From: a bacterium
Lineage (GTDB): Bacteria; Patescibacteriota; Minisyncoccia; UBA6257; MFKM01
Length of the DNA: 64,000 bases
Assembly: GCA_030693325.1 (NCBI GenBank)
Contig: JAUYAV010000011.1
Location: forward strand, 109,603 to 173,602
Direction of reading: 5' to 3'
Shown: positions 23,052 to 31,674 of the stretch, in pieces
Position numbering within the stretch: the first letter of the stretch is position 1
Layout: every line of letters starts with the position of its first letter
Translations under genes and position numbers: made by a program
Notes under the pieces: generated by a model
Databases searched by the model: none
The model's input: the letters and a program-made list of their open reading frames with translations, nothing else
Told to the model about the DNA's origin: nothing

Positions 23052-23129
23052 ATGACCAGCAAAGAAATACGAAATTTATTTCTGGAATTTTTTAAGGAAA
23101 AAGGACATACCATCGTCCCCTCTTCTTAA
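23052..23129 (+). pseudogene. 5' stub of the original alanyl-tRNA synthetase gene (25 codons then stop)
   Basis: MTSKEIRNLFLEFFKEKGHTIVPSS* aligns with the AlaRS N-terminus at 25800 (MNSNEIRTKFIEFFKQNDHLRIPGSS); starts 7 nt after rpoD. Confidence 0.85.
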
Positions 23130-23140
23130 TATTAATATCA

Positions 23141-23169
23141 TTGACAGATTTGATTAAAAATTCTATGCT
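23141..23169 (+). promoter_or_regulatory. Sigma70 promoter of the radical SAM island
   Basis: TTGACA-17 bp-TATGCT. Confidence 0.7.
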
Positions 23170-23208
23170 GATGATAGAAAAAGTCGATAAAATTTATTTC
23201 TTTTAAAA

Positions 23209-23355
23209 ATGAGAAAAAAAATACAAACTAAAATTGTGAAAGTTCGCCAAGCTAAGAAATGCTATCCTATAACAAGTAAAGCTAAGACTTTTATTTATAC
23301 TGCAGAAAGCGTTACGCCATTAATAGCGGCAGGAAAAACACCTAAAATCAAATAA
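23209..23355 (+). CDS. 48-aa peptide, candidate RiPP precursor
   Basis: MRKKIQTKIVKVRQAKKCYPITSKAKTFIYTAESVTPLIAAGKTPKIK*; lies between the promoter and the rSAM gene; below the ORF-track cutoff. Confidence 0.55.
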   Translation: MRKKIQTKIVKVRQAKKCYPITSKAKTFIYTAESVTPLIAAGKTPKIK

Positions 23356-23426
23356 TAAAGTGAAATGGGTGATTGATAGGCGATAAAATTCTGCCCAAAA
23401 AGGCGCGGAGGAAATTTTTAATTTTT

Positions 23427-24836
23427 ATGAAAAAAAGAAAGCAAAAAGAGATACTAAGCAAAAAATTAACCCACCCGAATTATATATTCTGTTTAAAAAA
23501 GGAGAGGAATTGGTGTTTATATAACGCCTTAACCTTAAAAAAATGTTATGGAGGGAAGGAACTCTCGGCAGTTTATCGTTTGACAAACAAACTGATTGAA
23601 GAAGAAATTCTTGTTCGTAAATTAATAAATTGCGACCATGATCCAGAAGAAATAAAAAAACTCATCCGTGAATTGAAGAAAGAAAAATTTTTGGTTTACT
23701 CAAATTTTAGTGGAGAAAAATTCCGAGAAAAAATTAAAAATGGATTAAAAAAAATAAAATATCAACCGATGGGAATGTACCTCCTCGTTTCTACGGGATG
23801 TAATTATCGGTGTAAATATTGTTGCCTGGAACACAGTATCGATACTCATTCGCTCCAGCCAAAATTAATGTCTTTTAAAGTAGCGAGGGAAGCAGTCAAT
23901 TTTTTCTTTAAATCTTCTCCTAATCCTCAGTATATTTGTTTCTTTGGTGGCGAACCATTAATTAATTTTAAAATAATTAAAGAAATTGTTGAATATATTA
24001 ATACTGAATATCCAAATAAAAAAATCTTTTTCCGAATTAACACAAATGGTTCATTGGTCAATCAAGAAATCGCAGAATTTTTTGCTAAATATAATTTTGT
24101 TATTGGGGTATCTATTGATGGGACGAAAAAATATCATAATTCATGTAGAGTGTATCCAAATGATAAAGGCACTTTCGAAGATACTATTAAGGGTTGGCAT
24201 CTCCTTCAAAAAGCAGGATGTAAAAACTTAGGGACAGTAGCGGTCCTTAACTCTCAAAATATTGAAGCAGTTGAAAAGAATATCTTATTTTTCCTTGATG
24301 AATTAAAAGCTGATTCAATAAATTTTGAGCCAGTAGGAATAATAACAGAACCTCAATATTTATATCTTTATCCCTCTCCAAAGAAAGTTGCACAGGCTCT
24401 CGTCAAAAATTACGAAAATTTAGAATCTCGCGGAAAGTTAGATAATTATATTGCACGATTTCTAATTCATTTTTTAGGGGAAAAAGTTCTTTTTTGCCGC
24501 TGCGGCTCACGATACGGAAGTTTAATAATCGACCCCCAGGGGAACAAGGGTCCTTGTTTCAATTTTCTTGGAAGTGTTTATTTTTCTAAAAAAGGTATTA
24601 CTTATGCGAAAGAATGGAAAAACATTTCTCCGGTTAATATGCCCGAATGTACTAATTGTATTGCTATAGGAATTTGTGGTGGTATTTGCGCAGCCCATGC
24701 AAGAGCGGTGGGTGGAAATATTCGAAGCATTGACTTAGAATATTCTTGTGAGATTATGAAAGAAATCTTAAGATGGATGATTTGGGATCTAGAAAAAAGA
24801 TTAGCATCTAAGAATGAGGCAAAAAATAAACCGTAA
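23427..24836 (+). CDS. Radical SAM/SPASM domain peptide maturase
   Basis: CNYRCKYC (CxxxCxxC), FFGGEPL, TNG, VSIDG; SPASM Cys array CG...GPC...CTNC...CGGIC...C; N-terminal extension possibly an RRE. Confidence 0.9.
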   Translation: MKKRKQKEILSKKLTHPNYIFCLKKERNWCLYNALTLKKCYGGKELSAVYRLTNKLIEEEILVRKLINCDHDPEEIKKLIRELKKEKFLVYSNFSGEKFREKIKNGLKKIKYQPMGMYLLVSTGCNYRCKYCCLEHSIDTHSLQPKLMSFKVAREAVNFFFKSSPNPQYICFFGGEPLINFKIIKEIVEYINTEYPNKKIFFRINTNGSLVNQEIAEFFAKYNFVIGVSIDGTKKYHNSCRVYPNDKGTFEDTIKGWHLLQKAGCKNLGTVAVLNSQNIEAVEKNILFFLDELKADSINFEPVGIITEPQYLYLYPSPKKVAQALVKNYENLESRGKLDNYIARFLIHFLGEKVLFCRCGSRYGSLIIDPQGNKGPCFNFLGSVYFSKKGITYAKEWKNISPVNMPECTNCIAIGICGGICAAHARAVGGNIRSIDLEYSCEIMKEILRWMIWDLEKRLASKNEAKNKP

Positions 24837-24842
24837 AATTTT

Positions 24843-25769
24843 ATGAAATTTAAACTGATATTGAATAAAAATGCGAATTTTTATTATTTTCTTCATAATC
24901 TTGCTGAAATTAAAGAACCCTTGCATTATCGAAAATGGAATATTATGCCTTGGAAGAAAGAACTAAATTTTCCATTTTCTTCCTCAGAAGCCACTGCTTT
25001 AAAAAAATTTAAAAAAAAATATTATGCTAATTTCCCAAAAATATATTTGGGTAGATTTTTTTTCTTGGAGAAAAATTCTTGGGAAACTCTTAAAAACGAA
25101 GTTGGGCAGGAAGAAATTAATATTTTGAACGATGTATTTCGAATATGGAAAAATAAATTCTTCTTGATTTATAGGAGAGATTTGCCAAATTTAAAAAAAT
25201 GGCGAAAAAAATTGGAAATAGAAATTCAAAAACTTAGCAAGTCTTCCTTAATAAACTTCATCAATACAAAACTTATTAAATTTTTTAATGCTCCTGTTCC
25301 ATTTAAAAAAAAATTAAAGATTTATTTAATGCTTTGCGGTACTTCAAATACTGCTAGCGGAGAAAGAGGAAGGGGTCTTGATGGAAAAAGTATCCTTATA
25401 GAAATTTCTCGTTGCCCAACCCATCAAATAAATTATGTTATAGGTGTTATTTGGCACGAATATGTTCATTGTTGTCTTGCATCTTATCATTTACGGCCAC
25501 TGCTTTTAAATTTTTTTAAAAACGACTCAAAAGTATTATTTGCTGAAGAAATTATTGTTAGATCATTATTTCCAACAGGAATTTTTGGTATAAAATTTTT
25601 TAAAATATGTCCACCTTCAACATTAACTTCCAGCAAATGGGAGACACTGCCCAAAATCAATAAAAAACAAACCAAAATGGTTATTGACCTTACAGACCAA
25701 TATCTGCAAAAAGAGAAAAAAATTGATACATTCTACGTAAAAAAAATAGGTCGAATATTAAAAATTTAA
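24843..25769 (+). CDS. HEXXH-motif protein (putative zinc peptidase)
   Basis: VIWHEYVH followed about 22 aa later by AEE (gluzincin-like third ligand). Confidence 0.55.
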   Translation: MKFKLILNKNANFYYFLHNLAEIKEPLHYRKWNIMPWKKELNFPFSSSEATALKKFKKKYYANFPKIYLGRFFFLEKNSWETLKNEVGQEEINILNDVFRIWKNKFFLIYRRDLPNLKKWRKKLEIEIQKLSKSSLINFINTKLIKFFNAPVPFKKKLKIYLMLCGTSNTASGERGRGLDGKSILIEISRCPTHQINYVIGVIWHEYVHCCLASYHLRPLLLNFFKNDSKVLFAEEIIVRSLFPTGIFGIKFFKICPPSTLTSSKWETLPKINKKQTKMVIDLTDQYLQKEKKIDTFYVKKIGRILKI

Positions 25770-25799
25770 AAAGAATTATTAAATCTTTATCAAAAAATT

Positions 25800-27659
25800 A
25801 TGAATTCAAATGAGATTAGAACAAAATTTATTGAATTTTTTAAACAAAATGACCATCTTAGGATACCCGGTTCGTCATTGATATCTGAGGATCCTACTCT
25901 TTTATTCGTGAATGCCGGCATGGTTCAATTCAAACCTTACTTTTTGGGTCTAAAAAAACCTCTATCAAAACGAATCACTGATTTTCAAAAATGCTTCAGG
26001 ATGATTGATATTGATAAAGTCGGTAATAATAATAGAACATTAACTTTCTTTGAGATGTTAGGAAATTGGTCTATTGGAGATTATGGAAGAAAAAAAGCAA
26101 TATCTTATGCTTGGGAATTACTTACTAAAATTTACAAAATTAACAAAGAAAGATTGTGGGTTAGTATTTTTAAAGGAGAGAAGAATATTCCCTACGACAG
26201 AGAAACACTGGAGGTCTGGATGGGTACAGGAATAAAAAGGGAAAGGATTGTGGAACTCGGCTTAGAAGATAATTTCTGGATAGGTGGGCCTACAGGCCCT
26301 TGTGGTCCTTGTAGTGAAATCTATTATGACCTAGGAGAGGATTTTGGTTGTGGCAAAAATAATTGCAAGCCCGGTTGTGATTGCAATCGCTTTTTAGAAA
26401 TTTGGAATTTAGTTTTTATAGAATATTGCAGAGACGAAAAAGGAAATACTGTCAATCTACCAATAAAAAGCATAGATACAGGAGCTGGGCTGGAAAGATT
26501 AGCTATAGTGCTTCAACAGAAATCCTCAATTTTTGAAACAGATTTGTTTGCTCCAATAATAGAAAAAATTCGAAATTGGAAATTCGAAATTGGAAATTCT
26601 GATTTGGCCGACCGAAGTGAACGAATTATCGCTGATCATACAAAAAGTGCTGTTTTTTTGATATCTGAAGGAGTTTTTCCTTCTAATGTTGAAAAAGGTT
26701 ATATCTTAAGAAGAATTTTAAGAAGAGCAATTAGATTTGGTAAATTATTAAAATTGCCAAAAAATTTTCTGATTACTTTGGCTCAAAAAGTTTTTGAAAT
26801 TTACAGAGAAGTCTATCCCGAACTTAAATCGAAAGGGGCTGATATTTTAACTATAATTCAAAAAGAAGAAGAAAAATTTGAAGAAACCTTAGACGAAGGA
26901 ATAAAAGCACTTAAAAAAATCTACGGAAGAGCCATAGGAGGAGTGGACCCCGAAAATTTACCAGAGGGAATGGTTATTAAAGATAATATAATAAGGGTTG
27001 ATGGGCAAGAGATTTTTCATATATACGAAACTTATGGTTTACCCCCAGAACTTTCTCAAGAAATTATGACCGAATGGGGAATCAGATTTGATGATCAAAC
27101 AATAAAAGAATGCGGGGAAGCCTTCAAAAAACACCAGGAAATTTCCCGGGCCGGGCTGGAAAAAAAATTCGGCGGGCACGGTTTGAAAGATGGCGGCGAA
27201 ATCACCGGCGCGACCGAGGAAGAAAAACAAAAAATAGTCCAGCTTCACACCGCCACTCACCTGCTCCACCAAGTGTTAGCTGATTTATTCGGCGAAAATA
27301 TAAAGCAGATGGGTTCGGATATAAACCCCGAACGCTTCCGCTTTGATTTTCCGTTTGAAAGAAAATTAACGCCGGAAGAAATCACTAAAATTGAAGAAAT
27401 CGTCAACCAAAAAATCAAAGAAAATTTACCTGTTAGATTTGAAGAAAAAACAAAAGAAGAAGCGATTGCCGAAGGAGCCAAGGCCTTTTTCAAAATTAAA
27501 TATCCGGATAAAGTAAAAATTTATTCCATCGGCGATTACAGTAAGGAAATCTGCAACGGCCCGCACGTGAAAAACACCTCCGAAATCGGTAAGTTCAAAA
27601 TAATCAAAGAAGAAGCGGTTGGGGCAGGCATCAGAAGAATTAAAGCAACTATTGATTAA
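25800..27659 (+). CDS. alaS: Alanyl-tRNA synthetase (short form, apparently chimeric)
   Basis: DPTLLFVNAGM, TFFEMLGN, GPCGPCSEI, DTGAGLERL; editing motifs HTATHLLH and CNGPHV. Confidence 0.95.
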   Translation: MNSNEIRTKFIEFFKQNDHLRIPGSSLISEDPTLLFVNAGMVQFKPYFLGLKKPLSKRITDFQKCFRMIDIDKVGNNNRTLTFFEMLGNWSIGDYGRKKAISYAWELLTKIYKINKERLWVSIFKGEKNIPYDRETLEVWMGTGIKRERIVELGLEDNFWIGGPTGPCGPCSEIYYDLGEDFGCGKNNCKPGCDCNRFLEIWNLVFIEYCRDEKGNTVNLPIKSIDTGAGLERLAIVLQQKSSIFETDLFAPIIEKIRNWKFEIGNSDLADRSERIIADHTKSAVFLISEGVFPSNVEKGYILRRILRRAIRFGKLLKLPKNFLITLAQKVFEIYREVYPELKSKGADILTIIQKEEEKFEETLDEGIKALKKIYGRAIGGVDPENLPEGMVIKDNIIRVDGQEIFHIYETYGLPPELSQEIMTEWGIRFDDQTIKECGEAFKKHQEISRAGLEKKFGGHGLKDGGEITGATEEEKQKIVQLHTATHLLHQVLADLFGENIKQMGSDINPERFRFDFPFERKLTPEEITKIEEIVNQKIKENLPVRFEEKTKEEAIAEGAKAFFKIKYPDKVKIYSIGDYSKEICNGPHVKNTSEIGKFKIIKEEAVGAGIRRIKATID

Positions 27660-27676
27660 AACGATCTCTACTAAAA

Positions 27677-27709
27677 TAAAAAGGAGTTGGCGTCGGCTAA
27701 CTCCTTTTT
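27677..27709. terminator. Bidirectional intrinsic terminator between alaS and rpsI
   Basis: aaaaaggagttggc-gtcg-gctaactccttttt. Confidence 0.75.
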
Positions 27710-27721
27710 ATTTTAAAATCT

Positions 27722-27948
27722 GACCTAACCAAACTTGTCTGAGAAAATATTCCATAGCCAAGCGCCGTAGGACTTACGCAGTTGCCTTGAAGAATATCCC
27801 GCAGTCCCGACGGGCTTGGTTTCCGATGAAATCGGAACCGTCGGGACGAGGGAAAAGAAAATTTTGTCGCTGGAGCAAAATTATTCTGGTTCTGAAAGGC
27901 AATTGCGGAAGTCCTGCTTCTGTTTTCGAAGGCAAGTTTGGCTGGGTC
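27722..27948. repeat. Structured dispersed repeat, copy 2 (contains an extra nested stem)
   Basis: Terminal stem gacctaaccaaacttgtc / ggcaagtttggctgggtc; core shared with 10799-10939. Confidence 0.85.
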
Positions 27949-27953
27949 TATCC

Positions 27954-28421
27954 CTATCTCTTCGCCCATTGCGGCGCGCGACGGGCTTTCTTAAGACCGA
28001 ATTTCTTCCGCTCTACCATCCGGGGATCTCTTTTTAGATAACCCAAGCCCTTAATAAGGGCTTTTAAATTAGCATCAAACAAAACCAAAGCCCGTGATAA
28101 ACCATGGCGCACCGCTTCGGCTTGGCTGCTCATTCCCCCGCCTGAAACTCTGACAGTGACATCTGCCTTGCCATTCAGTTTTGTTTTTTCCAAAGGAGAA
28201 AAGGCCATTTGCTGAAGACGGGCTGTGGGGAAATATTTGAGATAATCTTTTTCATTCACCAAAACGCCGCCCGCGCGGTTGTAAAGCCGAACCCGGGCGA
28301 TGGCGGTTTTTCTTCTGCCAACCGCTTCAAAATAACGGTCTGTTTTAACTTTAACAGGCGAAGGCTTGCTTACTTTTTCAACTTTTTTTACTTTTGCTAC
28401 TTTTGTTATTTTTTCAGCCAT
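27954..28421 (-). CDS. rpsI: 30S ribosomal protein S9
   Basis: GRRKTAIARV, GGGMSSQAEAVRHG and ERKKFGLKKARRAPQWAKR. Confidence 0.97.
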   Translation of the reverse strand: MAEKITKVAKVKKVEKVSKPSPVKVKTDRYFEAVGRRKTAIARVRLYNRAGGVLVNEKDYLKYFPTARLQQMAFSPLEKTKLNGKADVTVRVSGGGMSSQAEAVRHGLSRALVLFDANLKALIKGLGYLKRDPRMVERKKFGLKKARRAPQWAKR

Positions 28422-28428
28422 AAAAAAT

Positions 28429-28782
28429 TTATTCTATAATTAATCTTTTCATTCTTTTAATCTGTAATTTATTTTTGGGAAGCATTCTTAAAACCGCCAA
28501 CCGCAAAACCCTTGCCGGCTCTTTCGCGAAAACCTCACGATAAGTTTTTTTCTTCAAATGCCCGAGATAACCCGCAGTTTGATGATAGTAAATTTTCTGC
28601 TCTTCTTTTTTGCCGCTAACTTCTATCGCAGTGATGTTTTTTACTATCACCCTATCAGTACCAGGCAATCTTGGTTCATAGTCGGGATTTTTCTTTCCCT
28701 GAAGAATAATGGCGATTTCCGAAGCCAAGCGTCCCAATTTTTTATTTTTAGCGTCAAAAATGTAATCCATATTATTTAACAA
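28429..28782 (-). CDS. rplM: 50S ribosomal protein L13
   Basis: DAKNKKLGRLAS and AVLRMLPKN. Confidence 0.93.
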   Translation of the reverse strand: MLNNMDYIFDAKNKKLGRLASEIAIILQGKKNPDYEPRLPGTDRVIVKNITAIEVSGKKEEQKIYYHQTAGYLGHLKKKTYREVFAKEPARVLRLAVLRMLPKNKLQIKRMKRLIIE

Positions 28783-29080
28783 ACTCTACGGTAACAATTT
28801 TCGCTCCGTCATTTTTTCGGGTTAAAGAATGCTTAATAACCCGCAGATAACCGCCTTTGCGCTCTTTATAACGCGGGGCCAATTCATGATAAATTTTATC
28901 CGCGGCCGCTTCTGGTAATTTTTTTAATAACAAGCGATAAACGGCCAATTTTTGCTTTTTTCCGTAGGAAACTAAGTGTTCAACGAAAGGACGCAGTTCC
29001 CTTGCCCGACTTTCAGTGGTTTCGATTTTTTCCTGCAAAATAAGGTTATTGGCTAAAATTTTCAAAAATGGTTTTTCCAT
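28772..29080 (-). CDS. rplQ: 50S ribosomal protein L17 (N-terminally short)
   Basis: EKIETTESRARELR and ERKGGYLRVIK; lacks the usual MRHR...GR N-terminus. Confidence 0.9.
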   Translation of the reverse strand: MEKPFLKILANNLILQEKIETTESRARELRPFVEHLVSYGKKQKLAVYRLLLKKLPEAAADKIYHELAPRYKERKGGYLRVIKHSLTRKNDGAKIVTVEFVK

Positions 29081-29082
29081 GT

Positions 29083-29805
29083 TTATTTTTTTTCCTCATC
29101 CTCTTCGGCTAAAACAGCGGAAACTTTATCAAAATGGTCTTTCAGGACATCGGCTGTTTTATGCAAGGCCTCCGAAGGCGAGATAGAACCATCGGTTTCA
29201 ATTTCAATCTTTAATCGATTGTAGTCGGTTTTTTCACCAACACGCATATTCTCCACCAAGGTATTAACTTTAGTAACCGGCGAGAAAATAGCATCAAGAA
29301 CAATGGTGCCGATAGCCAAACGTTCAATTTTCCGGTCAGCCGACGGCAAATACCCCAACCCTTTTTCCACGGTCAACTCCATGTCCAACTCCACTTTTTT
29401 GTCGGTAAGACTGGCTAAATGAAGCCCGGGATTAACAATTTCCACCTGAGGATTGGTTTTGATATCATTGGCCTTAACTTCTTTTTCTCCTTTGACCTTA
29501 AGGGTTAAAACCTGGGGCTCATCGGCAAAAAACTTAAAGCGCACCTTTTTCAAATTGAGAGTCAATTCAACGATGTCCTCAACCACTCCGGGAATGGTAG
29601 TAAACTCATGATTAACACCTTTGATTTTTACCTGAGTAATGGCGGCTCCCGGCAAAGAAGAAAAAAGAGCCCGGCGCAAAGAGTTGCCTAAAGTCAAACC
29701 GAATCCGGTGTAAAGCCCTTCAATATGAAAAACGCCGGCTGTTCCGTCATCGGAAATTTTTTTAATCTTTACTGTCTCACTAAGATTGTGATAAAGTTTT
29801 TCCAT
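29083..29805 (-). CDS. rpoA: RNA polymerase alpha subunit (NTD only, 240 aa)
   Basis: GFGLTLGNSLRR, HEFTTIPGVVEDI, DAIFSPV and ETDGSISP; stops right after the NTD. Confidence 0.95.
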   Translation of the reverse strand: MEKLYHNLSETVKIKKISDDGTAGVFHIEGLYTGFGLTLGNSLRRALFSSLPGAAITQVKIKGVNHEFTTIPGVVEDIVELTLNLKKVRFKFFADEPQVLTLKVKGEKEVKANDIKTNPQVEIVNPGLHLASLTDKKVELDMELTVEKGLGYLPSADRKIERLAIGTIVLDAIFSPVTKVNTLVENMRVGEKTDYNRLKIEIETDGSISPSEALHKTADVLKDHFDKVSAVLAEEDEEKK

Positions 29806-29832
29806 AATTTTTATTAAAATTTGCGAACCTTT

Positions 29833-30444
29833 TTATCTTGAATAATACTCGGCGACTAAATCAAGGTCAAATGGCAAATTTATTTCCTGGGGGTTGTCAA
29901 TCAACTCGCCGGTCAAATTTTCTTTGTCCAAATTCAACCATTTCGGCTGCTCAAATTTTTTCATTTTTAATTCCAAACCGTCAAAAATTTTCAATTTTCG
30001 GGAATTGGAATTCAAGCCCACTTTTTCACCGATTTTAACCTGATAGGAAGGAGCGGACACTTTTTTATTTTTTACTAAAATATGTCCATGATTAACCAAT
30101 TGGCGCGCGATAATCCGCGAATCAGCCAAGCCTAAACGAAAAACGACATTGTCCAAGCGCTTTTCCAATGATTCCAAAACTTTTCCGGTTTCTTTTCTGC
30201 CGCGGAAAAGCTGTTGCATCTGGTGATTGCTGATGCCATAGGAAATCTGAACTTTTTGTTTTTCCTGGAGCTGTCGGCCGAATTCCGAAAGCGTTCTGCG
30301 GCCTTTACCTCCTTTTTTGTTGCCGTGAATTCCGGGTTTGGTAGGACGACGAACCAAGGCGCATTTCGGAGAATTGCAACGAAACGCTTTCAAAAAAAGT
30401 CTGGTTCCTAAAGCTCTTTCTTTTTTTTCGGTTATTCTTTGCAT
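29833..30444 (-). CDS. rpsD: 30S ribosomal protein S4
   Basis: QLQEKQK, LEKRLDNVVFRLG, ARQLVNHGH and EYYSR. Confidence 0.96.
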   Translation of the reverse strand: MQRITEKKERALGTRLFLKAFRCNSPKCALVRRPTKPGIHGNKKGGKGRRTLSEFGRQLQEKQKVQISYGISNHQMQQLFRGRKETGKVLESLEKRLDNVVFRLGLADSRIIARQLVNHGHILVKNKKVSAPSYQVKIGEKVGLNSNSRKLKIFDGLELKMKKFEQPKWLNLDKENLTGELIDNPQEINLPFDLDLVAEYYSR

Positions 30445-30449
30445 AATTT

Positions 30450-30902
30450 TTAAACTCTTCTGGTTTTTCGCGGCCGGGGGCCGTTATGCGGAATCGGAGT
30501 TATGTCTTTAATGGCCACAATATCAAAACCGCGATTAGCCAACGCTTTGAGGGCGGAATCGCGGCCGCCGCCGATACCTTTTATGTAAACCTCAATACTG
30601 GAAGGACCGGATTGTCGGAGTTTTTCAGCTACGGCCTCAGCCACTTTACTGGCCGCGAAAGCCGTGGCTTTTTTGGGGCCGGAAAATCCCAAAGAACCGG
30701 CGGTAGCCCAAGCCAAAACATTTCCCTTCATATCAGTAGCCGTAATAACAGTGTTATTATAGCTAACTTGAATATAAATACGGCCGGACTCTACCCGCTG
30801 TTTAACTTTCCGGACTTTTTGACCGGCTAACGCTTTTTCAGCTGAAGCGCCTTCTTTTAAGGTCGCCTCTTCGGTTTTTGTGACTATTTTCTTTTTTCCC
30901 AT
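30450..30902 (-). CDS. rpsK: 30S ribosomal protein S11
   Basis: SYNNT and DITPIPHNGPRP. Confidence 0.96.
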   Translation of the reverse strand: MGKKKIVTKTEEATLKEGASAEKALAGQKVRKVKQRVESGRIYIQVSYNNTVITATDMKGNVLAWATAGSLGFSGPKKATAFAASKVAEAVAEKLRQSGPSSIEVYIKGIGGGRDSALKALANRGFDIVAIKDITPIPHNGPRPRKTRRV

Positions 30903-30914
30903 GATAAATTAATT

Positions 30915-31298
30915 TTATGTCTTATCTAATTTTCTCCGACCACTACCTACCGTTTTTCGCACGTTGCCGCGAACCGTCCGGGAATTGGTCTTGGTCCGCT
31001 GTCCTCTTACCGGCAAACGTCTCAAATGGCGAGTGCCTCGGTAGCAAATAATTTCTTTCAGCCGATTAATATTCTGTTTGATTGCCAGGCGAAGTTCTCC
31101 TTCAATCTTGTATTTCTTTTCTATAAAATCTTTTAATTGACTGACTTCCTGAGCATTCAAATCTTTGACTCTTTTTTGCGGGTCAACTTTGGCGTCTTTA
31201 ATAATCTGACGCGCTGAAGACGGCCCTATGCCGTAAATATACGATAAAGAAATTTCCACTTTTTTATTGTCGGGAATGTTGACTCCTAAAAATCTCAT
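30915..31298 (-). CDS. rpsM: 30S ribosomal protein S13
   Basis: IYGIG and LPVRGQRTKTNSRT. Confidence 0.97.
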   Translation of the reverse strand: MRFLGVNIPDNKKVEISLSYIYGIGPSSARQIIKDAKVDPQKRVKDLNAQEVSQLKDFIEKKYKIEGELRLAIKQNINRLKEIICYRGTRHLRRLPVRGQRTKTNSRTVRGNVRKTVGSGRRKLDKT

Positions 31299-31300
31299 AA

Positions 31301-31414
31301 TTATCCTTGTCTTTGTTTATGTTTGGGATTGGAACAGGTGATATAAAGCCGTCCGCGACGCCGGGCAGTTTTACATTTCAAACAAATTTTTTTGACTGAT
31401 GAACGAACTTTCAT
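31301..31414 (-). CDS. rpmJ: 50S ribosomal protein L36
   Basis: Manual translation [37 protein letters not shown]; below the ORF-track cutoff. Confidence 0.97.
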   Translation of the reverse strand: MKVRSSVKKICLKCKTARRRGRLYITCSNPKHKQRQG

Positions 31415-31416
31415 AA

Positions 31417-31638
31417 CTATAATCTTCTTGTAATTCTCCCCCGGTTGTCATCGTAAGAAGTAATATCAACGACAACGTGATCGCCGGGGATCACTTTTAT
31501 ATGATGGAGCTTCAACCGCCCACCCAAATAAGCCAAAATTTCCCGGTTATTTTCCTTTAACCGAACCCTAAAGGTTAAACCCGGCAAGGCCTCTTCAATG
31601 ATTCCTTCAACTTTAATCGTGTTTGATTCCGATGGCAT
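31417..31638 (-). CDS. infA: Translation initiation factor IF-1
   Basis: [19 protein letters not shown] and RGRITRR. Confidence 0.95.
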   Translation of the reverse strand: MPSESNTIKVEGIIEEALPGLTFRVRLKENNREILAYLGGRLKLHHIKVIPGDHVVVDITSYDDNRGRITRRL

Positions 31639-31674
31639 TAATGTTTCCTATAATAGAGATATAACACTGAAAAG

